Shown: positions 11,781 through 23,628, numbered from the whole stretch's first letter. The stretch: DNA of 63,425 bases, filler included, from Octopus bimaculoides (GCF_001194135.2; 6 parts of 6 records of this genome joined end to end with filler, not necessarily neighbours in it), one strand, 5' to 3'. Notes: generated from the letters alone by a model not told the origin. Program-made: numbers and translations.

Positions 11781-12352
11781 ATACCCCACCGACTTTGTTA
11801 CCTCATAACTCCTAGACAAATGAATGCATTTTAACGAAACTTTCACCAAATAATCGCTTATATCATACAGATTTTGAGTAATAAAGGCTTATTGGAAAAA
11901 ATTTCCGAGGGGTTGGGGAAAGTAGTTTCGGAAAATTCACAGGACCCGACGCTTTTTCCCCTCATAACTTTCTGGAAAAAAAGGTATTTTTTAATGAAAT
12001 TTTATACATCCTTTCAAACAGTGTAGATTACAAAGAAATTTGTTGACAAAATTTTGGAATGGGGCGGGGGTGAGTTTCTAGAAAACGAAATTTCGGATCA
12101 GACAACCCACATAAGTTGGAATTTCTCCATTTTAACGGGCGATTTTTTTTTTCTATGTTTTTCACCAAAACCTTCAGAATTATGGGAGGCGTATTTTCAC
12201 GAAAAAAAGAAAAAGATTTTGAAAAAAAATTCTTTTCACTCCCACCACCCTCACCATCCCAGTCCGAAATGATTTTGGCCATCTTTTCACTATATACATA
12301 AAGCCCATGGGAGAAACATTTTCGGTTTTAAAAAAAATTATTCTCGTAATTT
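11781..12352. mobile_element. Probable non-autonomous DNA element (Helentron/HINE-like or MITE)
   Basis: Repeated cataact...aatgaaattt/aacgaaactt modules and ggggcgggg/cccaccaccc blocks are typical of such elements. There is no coding capacity and the termini were not resolved. Confidence 0.35.
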
Positions 12353-12807
12353 CAGAGGAAAATATATGATTTAAGGGAGATCTGGCTGTTTTTTCTAGAA
12401 CATCCCAAAACTTCTCTCCTCATTTCTTTCTCACTCACATCTATTGATATTTTCGATATTTTTCTCCCCATAAACAAATTTTATGAAATGATGATGTCAA
12501 AGTAACACACGCATTGTCCCAACTGAGCAAGACTGTGTTATGCGTGTGTGTAAGAAAAAAAAAACACCTAAAAACATATTTGGTGTTCATATCAAACTGT
12601 CAAATGTAATGCCTATTTGTTTACATTATTTTGAATTATTCAGATTCAAGAGGGGTATCCACAATATTTGCTTGTAACTTTGTAAATTTTTTACATACAG
12701 ATTTGAAATTTTGTCAGTGGGTGCTTTATATACCACTAGTTTATAGTTATGTAATTTTAGCTAATAGTGATAATATAATAAAACATATTTTAAGTTTAAT
12801 TTTAAAT

Positions 12808-12889
12808 CTATTTATTTAAAAGATGATGGGCCTCTCCTACAGATATAAGGTTTTCTTCAATGCTGTTGTTCTCTTCAACTTGCTCTAAC
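12808..12889 (-). CDS. SNX10/11: Sorting nexin 10/11-like gene, last coding exon ((Q)LEQVEENNSIEENLISVGEAHHLLNK*)
   Basis: Acceptor gtgttttgttattttgcag|G, phase 2, matches the upstream exon. Stop TAG at 12810-12808. Confidence 0.8.
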
Positions 12890-13142
12890 CTGCAAAATAA
12901 CAAAACACTAAGTTATCCATCAGTTAGAAAATGGTAAGATAAAAATAAATGCATTTTTTGGAGAATAAAAATGTGGCTGCTCTCAGTATCATAATCATTT
13001 TCATTTATCTGTGATAGGGAGATGTTTATATCCATCCATTCATTTCTTCTAACATGTTTTTCGTCCATGTTAGGATTAAATGAATACATTAAAGAAGCAT
13101 GAATTTTAGTACATCAGACAAAATGTGTAGAAGCATTTTATT

Positions 13143-13545
13143 CAGCTCTTTATGGTCCTGACTTGGTAAACACCCACAAAATTATTAACCATCACACTAA
13201 TAACCATCTTGAGCTCCATGTGCCTAACACACATGTGGGCATGTCTACACAGTCAGAAAACAGGACAGCTCCCATGACTTTCGTAAACATTTTTTCACAC
13301 TCAGAGTTGCTGAAGCATGGAACAAACTACCTGCATCAGTTGTTAGATGCCAAGACACTGCATCCTTTAAGACCTCCATGCTTCCTGAAATTCATGAACA
13401 CTACACCTAATATCCACCCCCCTCTATACACATGCACTCATGCATATCATGACTCATGCTCTGTTCACGTTCCTGACTTTTGCACATAATTCTCTGCACT
13501 GTACATGCACCTTTGATAAGCTGTAGAGCACCTGAGCACGAAACA
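13143..13545 (+). mobile_element. CR1-clade LINE 3' fragment
   Basis: One frame reads TCGHVYTVRKQDSSHDFRKHFFTLRVAEAWNKLPASVV...FKTSML, matching the CR1/L2 RT C-terminal FFsxRVxxxWNxLP motif. A short UTR and (ATT)-rich tail follow. Confidence 0.85.
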
Positions 13546-13584
13546 CAATAATTTCATTGTTATTATTATTATGTTCAAATCTTA

Positions 13585-13940
13585 CCAAGATTAACTTTGC
13601 TTTTCAACTTTTCAGGATCAATAAAATAAAGTACCACCGAAGTACTGAGGTTGATGTAACTGACTAAGCCCACCCCTTCTTTAGAATTGCTGGCCTTGTG
13701 TCAATATTTGAAACCATTGAAATAGCGAGCTGCCAGGATTGTAAACATATTAAACAAAACACTTGGTGGTATTTCATCCAGCTTTTTATGTTCTGAGTTC
13801 AAATGCCACCAATGGTCAACATTGTCTTTTGTCCTTTCCAGGTCAATAAAATAAGTACCACTTGAGCAGTGGAGTTGATGCAACTGGCTTGCCCGTCTCC
13901 TCAAAATTGCTGGCCTTGTGCCAAAATTAGAAAGAATTAT
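13585..13940 (+). mobile_element. Two degraded SINE family B copies
   Basis: ataaagtaccac / ataagtaccac cores and gaattgctggccttgtg tails at about 13685 and 13906. Confidence 0.75.
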
Positions 13941-14184
13941 TGAGGCATTGTTTTACAGCTGGATGCCTTTCCTGTCCCTAATGCTTTCCTGTTTTCCAAG
14001 TAATCAAGCCTTCATTACACACACCTTCAGAAGGGCAAAATGAGTATACAGTATGTTGACAGAAGAAGAGCCATCATCATGATATGTTGTTCCCATGTGG
14101 CTTAAACAAGCCTTCTTCTTAAGGTTGTATTCTACTGCCAGATGTCCTTTCTCTTCTTTTCAATGAAGTTCTTCCATACAGTTC

Positions 14185-14357
14185 TATATTTAAGAGATGA
14201 GTAATTATGTGCATTATTTACAATTGATGGATATTTGTCCTCATCTTGTTTGTTGTTAACACAACGTTTCGGCTGATATACCCTCCAGCCTTCATCAGGT
14301 GTCTTGGGGAAATTTCAAAACTGGGTGCTCATTCCTAAGGTATTTTTCAATGTTGTT

Positions 14358-14399
<42 letters not shown>

Positions 14400-14491
14400 C
14401 AGGTCACTGCCTAGAATCAAACTCGGAAACATTGTGTTAACAACAAACAAGATGAGGACAAATATCCATCAAATGTAAATAATGTAAATAA
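14185..14491 (-). mobile_element. Penelope-associated foldback element (66-bp inverted arms, tRNA B-box remnant, (GTT)n, hammerhead)
   Basis: 14205-14270 is the reverse complement of 14426-14491 with about 5 mismatches. A B-box-like ccgagtttgattcta lies on the minus strand at about 14411-14425. Confidence 0.7.
14258..14303 (-). ncRNA. Minimal type I hammerhead ribozyme (Penelope-like-element type)
   Basis: Minus strand reads GACAC CUGAUGA A GGCUG gaggguauau CAGCC GAAAC GUU GUGUU. Stem I is GACAC/GUGUU, stem II is GGCUG/CAGCC, and the CUGAnGA and GAAA cores are intact. Stem III is loopless and palindromic (AACGUU), with a GUU cleavage triplet. Confidence 0.75.
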
Positions 14492-15142
14492 ATTGATATT
14501 TGAAACGCCATTAAAATTATGTGTCTTTTTTTTTTTACCTTGGTAATTCAGTATTTAGAGGTTGGTATATACAGTTGTAAACCTTGTCACTGAACTGAAA
14601 AAAATTCAGTGATAATGCAATTTTATATTCCAAGCTTTCATTTCAATGTTTAAGCCAGAAATGTAACTTATTTATCCATTAGAAAATTTTTTAAATAAGT
14701 GTTTTACAATGACCATTGTTAAGTTAATATCTACAGACAAATCTTAGTTTTTAGTTTGTAAGCAGTGAGCCTTATAGGCACAGGAGTGGCTGTGTGGTGA
14801 GTAGCTTCCCATATTTTTTCATATTTTTAAAAACTTACCATTCGATAAATTATACAAATTTCACATTTTATATCTCTGAAGAGCAGAAGAGTTATCTATA
14901 AATACTTATCAATATAGGATTCCATTATAGGGACAACACTTCTGTGAAACGATTGTAAGATGCTTTCAAAACTTAATTTGAAACTTTTAAACTGTCATGT
15001 TTATTATTATATATTTATACTTATGCATATTTACATATATTTATATATATTTATATTTTTAATACAACAATTATTCTACACACGTATATAACTTTCTGAA
15101 GAACTTTCTAATATTGATTTCCTGATATTAATAACAATATTT

Positions 15143-15180
<38 letters not shown>

Positions 15181-15194
15181 GCATACATGTATGT

Positions 15195-15420
15195 ATGTGT
15201 GTGTATATGTTTGTGTGTCTTGTTTGTCATCCCATCATCGCTTGACAACTGATGCTGGTATGTTTGTGTCCCCAGTAACTTAGTGGTTTGGTAAAAGCGA
15301 CTGATAGAATAAGTACTAGGCTTACAAAGAATAAGTCCTTGGGTCAATTTGCTCGACTAAAGGCGGCGCTCCAGCATGGCCGCAGTCAAATGACTGAAAC
15401 AAATAAAAGAATAAAAGAGT
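15195..15420 (+). mobile_element. SINE family A, 3' half (head remnant at 14775-14809)
   Basis: cttgacaactgatgctgg...gaataagtactaggcttac...gactgaaacaaataaaag. Confidence 0.85.
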
Positions 15421-15475
15421 ATAAATATATATAATTATGAATGTTGACTTAAATATGTTAATATTATATACAAAC

Positions 15476-15628
15476 TGTCTGGTTATCCCATTCGTTTGCC
15501 AAATATTCTTGATAAAGTCTTCTGCATAGTGTCCATGATGGAATTTCAAGATTTCTTCAAAGGATAAATCACTCTGGAAAAACAGTCTAAATGTGGGATC
15601 CATGGTCAGTTCTTTTTCTTTGAAACAA
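15476..15628 (-). CDS. SNX10/11: SNX10/11-like exon: PX helix 3 plus extended-PX helices (CFKEKELTMDPTFRLFFQSDLSFEEILKFHHGHYAEDFIKNIWQTNGITR)
   Basis: Acceptor tcttccatatcaacag|T and donor ACA|gtttgt; 153 nt, phase 2-2. DPTFRLFFQSDLSFEEI aligns gap-free with SNX10 DSSLHLFLQSHLNSEDI (recalled sequence). Confidence 0.88.
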
Positions 15629-16429
15629 CTGTTGATATGGAAGAGAAATGAATAATCAATGATAGAGTGAAAATATAATTACATGTGTGTTTATATTTTT
15701 ATTACATTATGTTATAATGTGTTTCGCGCACGTATACACGCACGCACACCTACATACATGTGTGTGTGTATGTGTATGTATGTACACACACATACACACA
15801 CACACACACACGTGCACATGCACACACACACACAGAAATATACTAGTACAGATAGAGGGAGAGGGAGAGGGGGGGGGGCATTACAATTTATTAAATGAGT
15901 ATGACTGTCATAAACACCTTCCCTCTCCTCATGCACATACATAAACACAGAGACAAACAGACAGACAGACAGACAGAGGAAGAAAGAAAGAGAGAGAGAG
16001 AGAGAGATTATGATTTATTAATTGAACATGATTGACACAAGCATTTCCATCTCTTCAGACACATTAGATGGAAACATTACCACACACATAAACAATGGGA
16101 GGGTGGAGAGAGAGAAAAAAGGAGAGAAAGAGGGAATGAGAAGAACATTAAAATGTCAGATGTGAAATAAGTTGGCATTGAGTCAACAATGCCAAACAGG
16201 CAGCACCAGACTGGTTGTGCCATAATGTCACACACTCCATCCAGAGCTACTCAACAGTAGAATGGAAGGAATTGTCTTACTGACTCCTCTGTTGGGAAAA
16301 TGGAGGTTTATTGCTGAGAATAATGAAATTTTCATCATAGTTCACAAAACATGAATTAAAGATGATATCATTTTATCACATGGTCATATCAGTTATATGA
16401 TTTGAGATAATTTAAGCGTCACTCCTTAC

Positions 16430-16528
16430 CTTTCGGCAAAGGCACACAAGCGTGACACACGTCTCATGACAACCCACAGATTGAACTTGTTTAACAAACA
16501 GCATTCTGATTGCAAAGATGGAATCATT
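16430..16528 (-). CDS. SNX10/11: SNX10/11-like exon: PPK loop and helix 2 (MIPSLQSECCLLNKFNLWVVMRRVSRLCAFAE)
   Basis: Acceptor ttttttatatttccag|A and donor AAG|gtaagg; 99 nt, phase 2-2. Length and phase are the same as the corresponding human SNX10 exon (c.213-311, recalled). Confidence 0.9.
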
Positions 16529-16645
16529 CTGGAAATATAAAAAAGACGTGAATTCTATTTTTGATATTCAGTAGAAGCTGCAGAGTGACTCAAGGGCCAA
16601 GAGTTTCGTGCACAGGCATGGTGATTTAGACAACACTAAAAATGC

Positions 16646-16686
<41 letters not shown>

Positions 16687-16810
16687 TTTGTGTGTGCTGT
16701 GTGTTTGTGTGTGTGTGTTTGTGTGTTTGTGTGTGCGTTTGTGTGTGTTTGTGTATGTGTGGGTGGGTTTATATATATAGAGAGAGATACATGCATACAT
16801 ACATACATAC

Positions 16811-16857
<47 letters not shown>

Positions 16858-16861
16858 CTCT

Positions 16862-17055
16862 AGGCACAAGACCCGAAATTTTTGGGGAGGTGGGGGCCAG
16901 TCAATTAGATCAACCCCAGTATGCAACTGGTACTTAATTTATCAACCCCGAAAGGATGGAAGGCAAAGTCGACGTGGGCAGAATTTGAACTCGGAACGCA
17001 AAGACAGATGAAATACCGCTAAGCATTTCGCCCGGTGTGCTAACGTTTCTGCACA
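16862..17055 (-). mobile_element. SINE family B
   Basis: Reverse complement of the family B consensus (ggtacttaatttatc...gaatttgaactc...cgaaatgc). Confidence 0.85.
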
Positions 17056-17248
17056 CTCACCCCCTTTTATGGCTAGAATGTCTCTGATCTGCTTAATTAG
17101 CTCCAGCTTGGGAGTAAACAACCACAGAAGCTGTCAATACATGACATTTTTTTTTCTCTCAGAAACAGAGAGAGATCTATATACACACATATAGAATGTT
17201 TGTTTTGTGCTTGAATGTTCATTAAAGACTAAATCATTGAATTGTTTT

Positions 17249-17323
<75 letters not shown>

Positions 17324-17390
17324 CTGCTTCATCTGCCAAATCCCACCAAATAAATAATGATAACCAAACAAAATAATAAACTATGCCTAC

Positions 17391-17494
17391 AGGTTCTTAT
17401 GTCTCTGACGCAGAATGTTTCTCAGCAAATGAAATTCACGGTAACTTCTCCACACATGATCTGTGTCGTCCAGTGGTAACACAGGGAAGCAATT
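17391..17494 (-). CDS. SNX10/11: SNX10/11-like exon: PX beta3/helix 1 (NCFPVLPLDDTDHVWRSYREFHLLRNILRQRHKN)
   Basis: Acceptor tctataacccag|AAT and donor CT|gtaggc; 104 nt, phase 0-2. WRSYREFHLLR corresponds to the PX RRYxxFxxL motif (SNX10 RRRYREFVWLR). Confidence 0.9.
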
Positions 17495-17940
17495 CTGGGT
17501 TATAGATAAAATATATTTTTTTTAAAGTGATTAAATATATGAAACTTTGAAGTCACTATCAACATTATTCTTGTAAAAGAATAATAAGAATGTACTCCAC
17601 AAAAAAATTCTTCAGTTTAAAGTAAAGTTGATTTTATTAAAACAAACAGTAATAGTGTTGATGTCATACGAATTTATAATCTTTTGAATGAATGAGAAAT
17701 AATGATTGTTTGGAGGAGTAGATCTTGAAGCACATAATGCTATAAATAACAGCATGTAAATATTAGGTTAGGAAAACCTCTTTAAGTAGAAAATGTCAAA
17801 GCCAGCCTTCAACATTCTCTGTCTGAAAGGGTTTTTCAATTCAATACATTTACAGGCAATTATTTATAGCATTATGTATGTACTTTGAGATCTATTCCAA
17901 AAAAGAAACACACACACACAAACACACACATATATATATT

Positions 17941-17971
<31 letters not shown>

Positions 17972-18010
17972 ATGTATAGACTTATTTATATATATATATA
18001 TATATACACA

Positions 18011-18490
18011 TCATCATCATCATCATCATCATCATCGTTTAACGTCCGCTTTCCATGCTAGCATGGGTTGGACGATTTGACTGAGGACTGGTGAAACCGG
18101 ATGGCAACACCAGGCTCCAGTCTAATTTGGCAGAGTTTCTACAGCTGGATGCCCTTCCTAACGCCAACCATTCAGAGAGTGTAGTGGGTGCTTTTACGTG
18201 TCACCCGCACGAAAACGGCCACGCTCGAAATGGTGTCTTTTATGTGCCACCCGCACAAGCCAGTCCAGGGGCACTGGCAACGATCTCGCTCGAAATCCTA
18301 CGGGAGCCAGTCAGGCGGTACTGGCAACGGCCACGCTCAAAATGGTGCATCTCATGTGCCACCCGCACAAGAACCAGTCCAGGGGCACTGGCAATGCTCT
18401 TACTTGGCTTGCCGGGTCTTCTCACGCACAGCACATTTCCAAAGGTCTCGGTCCGTAGTCATTGCCTCGGTGAGGCCCAATGTACGAAGT
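18011..18490 (-). mobile_element. RTE 3' UTR/tail copy, young, with internal repeat modules
   Basis: (CAT)n gtttaacgtccgctttccatgctagcatgggttgg...; CpGs retained. This copy is the source of ORFs 18091-18562. Confidence 0.85.
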
Positions 18491-18964
18491 ACATATATAT
18501 ATACTTATACATATACATATATATATATATACTTCAAATTTAGCAAAAACGCACCAAACTGAAAATTTGTAGCTTATTCTTCATCGGCCAACATCCCAAA
18601 ATCCTTACAATTGCTCGCCTTTAACATTGATATTGTTCAGTTTTGGTAGCGCCAGTGATGAAAAGTCACTGGGAAAAGCTAACGAATGTACAAGACAATG
18701 GCAGAAAGAAGCACAACATAACGAAACATATATATACAACAAAAAAAGCCAAGAGAAGAGGGAATAGAAAGTCAGAAAGTAAAACATTATGGAGGGAAAT
18801 ATGTAAATAAATATGTATAACCTTTTAACCTTTATATTTAACCAATATACCTTTTTTCTGTAAAGCAGTAGATTGTGATTTGAGAGAAACCTGGTACTAT
18901 TTCTAGTGGCATGTACAACCAGGTAGAACCGCCTTTGCTGGTGCATACAGTAACATGTGAGCAT

Positions 18965-19003
<39 letters not shown>

Positions 19004-19387
19004 CTTGATGGGATGATTATAATCCTGGCTATTGCCCCCATAAGCACATCCTGCATGATCCTGGCTAGTATAGTATTCCAAAGTCAAAAGGAGATCCGTA
19101 AGACTTCAATCCATATAGAGAGGATCACTACACAACTCCAAAGGAAGATCCGGTTGGCTTAATATAAGCCCCACAGAGTGAATAAAGCTTTCATGCAATT
19201 ATTGTCTTCTAAATTCTACCCAGAAAATATTGGACAATCAAATTCCAGAGTAAAAGACACTTAAGAAAAGTGGGCTTGAATCCCAAACCACAATGGTACC
19301 AAAAGCAACCTTTTTACGTAACCGTGTGGTTAATAATCTCTTGGAGATGAAACGTAGACCAAGAGATTAATGTGTATTAGTTCTTAC

Positions 19388-19477
19388 CTTTAGGGATAAT
19401 TGGTAGGCCACATATTTAGCTCGACCATTTTCAAAGATGGTTCTGGGATTCTGAACACTGATTTCCATTATTTTTGG
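19388..19477 (-). CDS. SNX10/11: SNX10/11-like first identified coding exon (PKIMEISVQNPRTIFENGRAKYVAYQLSLK); probable start ATG at 19468
   Basis: Acceptor ttttcttattacag|CCA and donor AAG|gtaaga; 90 nt, phase 0-0. ISVQNPR and YVAYQLSL match PX beta1/beta2 (SNX10 VWVRDPR, YIDYEICI). The ATG context is AAAATAATGG. Confidence 0.88.
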
Positions 19478-20059
19478 CTGTAATAAGAAAATAGGCAATT
19501 AGAAGATGAGTAGCTANNNNNNNNNNNNNNNNNNNNNNNNNNNNNNNNNNNNNNNNNNNNNNNNNNNNNNNNNNNNNNNNNNNNNNNNNNNNNNNNNNNN
19601 NNNNNNNNNNNNNNNNNNNNNNNNNNNNNNNNNNNNNNNNNNNNNNNNNNNNNNNNNNNNNNNNNNNNNNNNNNNNNNNNNNNNNNNNNNNNNNNNNNNN
19701 NNNNNNNNNNNNNNNNNNNNNNNNNNNNNNNNNNNNNNNNNNNNNNNNNNNNNNNNNNNNNNNNNGGTGGTGGGGAGAGGGGAAGTGTAGGGTGGAGGAG
19801 GACGACTCCAAACTGTGAAAGTCAGTTAAGGTTATGGAAGCACCAGAAGTTCCAAAGTATCTCTATGATACAGGACTCCATCAATTTGTTGACATAGTTA
19901 ATGAGACAGGCTGGACAGCGATCGACAGGTGATGCATGGTCACCCATCTTGAACAGAGGTATAATACTGGCAATTTACCACTGCCCTGAGGTAATACAAT
20001 TATCAAGAAATAATTGGGGAATCATGAAAAACTGGTTTAGCAGAAAGAGCCTTCTGTAT

Positions 20060-20240
20060 TTCAGAAAGAGCATCCATTACACTCTTGGAGTGGTTGGTGT
20101 TAGGAAGGGCATCCAGCCATAGAAACCAACACAAAACACAGACTGGAGCCTGGTGCAGCTCTCTGGGTTACGAGTTCCAGTCAAACCGTCTAACCCATGC
20201 CAGCATGGAAAGTGGACGTTAAATGATCATGATTATCATC
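20060..20240 (+). mobile_element. RTE 3' tail, short copy
   Basis: ...gttaggaagggcatccagc...acccatgccagcatggaaagtggacgttaaatgatcatg. Confidence 0.8.
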
Positions 20241-20462
20241 ATTATCATCATCATCATCAAGACCAGAGGCAGTCCATTTACTCATATTCTTGTGGTGGTA
20301 TGTACCACAGCATTGCAGAAGTAAATTCCACGGATGTTATGGAATTGTAAGCCAGTAGCAGTGAAGATATACACTTTGGGATTATCAGTAATCTGGCTTG
20401 TGTGGAGGATTGCAAAGAGGGTTGATTAGAGAATTAGGCCTCTTACTCAAATGCACATATTT

Positions 20463-21215
20463 CTAGAGCATTTTACCATCTGTGTAAAGAAGTGCTGATC
20501 TCTGACTGTGGAGGGAACCTGTGGTAGAGGTAGACCCAAGAAGACATGAGATGAAGTGGTGAAGCATGTTCTTCAAACTTTGAGCCTCACAGAGGCAATG
20601 ACTAGTGACTGAGACCTTTGGTGATGTGCTGTGCTTGAGAGGACCCATCAAGCCAAGTGCACCCATGCTGGTGGTACGTAAAGAACACCTTTTAAGCGTT
20701 GGGCCTCATGGAGGCAAAGTGACTCATTTCCTTTTGAGTGTTGGGCCTCATGGAGGTTAAGTGGCTGAGTTCCCTTTGAGCATTAGGCCTCACGAAGGTT
20801 AAATGGCTGAGTTCCTTTTGAGCATTAGGCCTCATGGAGGCTAAGTCGCTGAGTTCCTTTCAACCCCACAAAGGCAATGACTGAGAACTTTGGCATTATA
20901 TCATGCTTGAGAAGAAGACTCATCGAGACAAGTAAAATCACCATCATGGCAGATACTTGTGTCTCACAAATTGGCACCTGTGCCAGTGGCACATAAAAGC
21001 ACCCCAGTGTCACATAAATGGTACCCATGCTGATGGCACATAAAAGCACCCATTACACTCTCGGGGTGGTTGGCGTTAGGAAGGGCATCCAGCCATAGAA
21101 AGCCATGTCAAATCAGACTGGAGTCTGGTGCAGACTTCTAGTGTGCCAGCCCAGTCAAACTGTCCAACCCATGCCAGCATGGAAAGTGGACATTAAATGA
21201 CGATGATGATGATGG
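20463..21215 (+). mobile_element. 5'-truncated RTE LINE: ORF2 C-terminus plus 3' UTR with 4 x 42-bp tandem repeat (20699-20860) and (GAT)n tail
   Basis: Reads LTVEGTCGRGRPKKT*DEVVKHVLQTLSLTEAMTSD*DLW, the RTE-type RGRP..W C-terminus, and is contiguous with the tail seen in many copies. Confidence 0.85.
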
Positions 21216-21707
21216 AGTTATACATGAATAATTTGTAGATAACAAATACAAAGGAAAAAGGAAATGAACCAAGGTATCAATATTTTCAGCATCAGCAACA
21301 TCATCATCATCATCATCAACAACTACAACAATAACAACAACAATATCAACAACAACAATATTCATAATAATAATGATGATGAAATAATAAGCATATGCAG
21401 AAGGTGTCCTTTACCTCTGAGAAGATGGAGGCGTTGCTAGCATGGAGATATTATAATGCCAGGGTCTAGTTTTGGTGTGACTCACAAGACAGACATGCCC
21501 AAGATAGATTCTTCAAGCAATCAGCCGTGTAGCAAAGTGTGGAAGCTCTGTCCCCAGAATCCAGGGATCGGGTTCTGATGTAATCAGCCAAAGTAAACTT
21601 GGTTGAAAAACATCAAAGTCGACCTTTAACCATTTTCTTCATTGACAGCCAATAAAGTGACAAAGCTGCCATCACTGACAAACAAATCTCGACTAACTCC
21701 ACAGAAG

Positions 21708-21975
<268 letters not shown>

Positions 21976-22537
21976 TATTATTGTATCCATGTACAAGTCT
22001 CGGTTGGACATTTCCCCCACCTTGCCATCGCCCACCCTTACCCCACCCCGCCAAATAAAAACAAAAGAAAGTGTCGTAAACCTGATATTCCCATTGAGTA
22101 TCGCCAATGATAAGACTAATAAACACACACACACAGTAATCATAAAGAGATGAATACTTAGATACGTACACACATACACACACACTTACATACATATATA
22201 TATACACATACATATACACATATATAGACATAAACACACACTTACATCATGCATACATATACACATACATACACACATATATATACAGATATAAACATAC
22301 ACATGCATATATTTCATACCACAAAACCACAATCACAGGTAAGGCTTCCATTTAGAGGAGCAGTGTTTTGCCAGTGAGCCTTCATGCTTGCACAAGTTGG
22401 TCCCAATGTTGAAGTCGACTTTGCTCAAATCTTTGAAGTGAGGAGAAGCAGGAATGGTGCCAAGTCCTGCGCTCTGATGCTTCGCTTACCCAGGAAGAAA
22501 AGAGAATTTTGCCTCACTTCAAATTGTCTTTCACTTT

Positions 22538-22846
22538 CATCATCATCATCATCATCATTTAACGTCTGCTTTCCATGCTGGCATGGGTTGGACGATTTGA
22601 CTGAGGACTAGCGAACCAGATGGCTGCATCGGGCTCCAATCTTATCCGGCAGAATTTCTACAGCTGGATGCCCTTCCTGATGCCAACCACTCCGAGAGTG
22701 GTTGGTGTTAGGAAGGGCATCCAGCTGTAGCAACCATGCCAAATCAGACTGGTGTCTGGTGTAGCCTTCCAGCTCTCCAGCCCTGGTCAAACGATCCAAC
22801 CCATGCCAGTATAGACAACAGACATTAAATGATGATGATGATGATG
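22538..22846. mobile_element. Two RTE tails fused head-to-head (about 310-bp palindrome)
   Basis: (CAT)n - antisense tail - ccaaccactc cga gagtggttgg - sense tail - (GAT)n. Confidence 0.85.
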
Positions 22847-22892
22847 CTATATAGAGCATTCTTATGTGTGTGTGTGTTTGTGTGTGTATGTT

Positions 22893-22937
<45 letters not shown>

Positions 22938-23593
22938 GGATATATAGATATATGAATAAACACATATGTATATACTCACAGATATACACATATATATATA
23001 AATATGTACATAAATGAGTGAAAAATAAGTAAATAAATGAATAAATAAATGAATAAATAAATAGAAAAAAGAAACAGGATCTAAAAACTGAAATTTATTG
23101 GTGAAAGCCATGCTCTTATTTTTACCATATTTCTTGTCGCTTTTGTAACTTAATTTTTGATTTTATTTCAAAGCAGAGGCATTTTGGCAGAAGAGAGAGG
23201 AAGTATAATATAATGTAAGAGATCTATGTGTGACCTGCAATCTAGATTTGTCAGTAAGTTTGTCGGTTAGTTGGTCGTGAGAAGTCTGGATGTTGCACCT
23301 AGGTTTGCCTGTCATTTGGGAACAAAGTCCAACAAACTCAGACTTTATTACAGCAAATTAAATGCTTTATTCCTGGTTGTATGCCAGCAGTATGCTCTTA
23401 ACTACGGCTATGCACACACACACGCACACATATGCACAGACACACACATGCGCACATGCACACACATGCACTCATGCACACTTATACTCACATACACACA
23501 CACGTACACACACACATATGCACACACACATATGCATGCATGTGTGTGCTTGTGTGTGTGTGTGTGTGTGTGTGCATGTGTATGTGAGTATCT

Positions 23594-23628
<35 letters not shown>

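Noticed and set aside
18200-18400. Repeat-spacer-like modules resembling a CRISPR array (also 20699-20860)
   Set aside because: They lie within RTE 3' UTRs, the spacers are related to each other, the context is eukaryotic and there are no cas genes.
18605-19087. 160-aa minus-strand ORF inside the SNX gene
   Set aside because: It is built from a MITE TIR, (CA)n and T-rich intron sequence; no domain.
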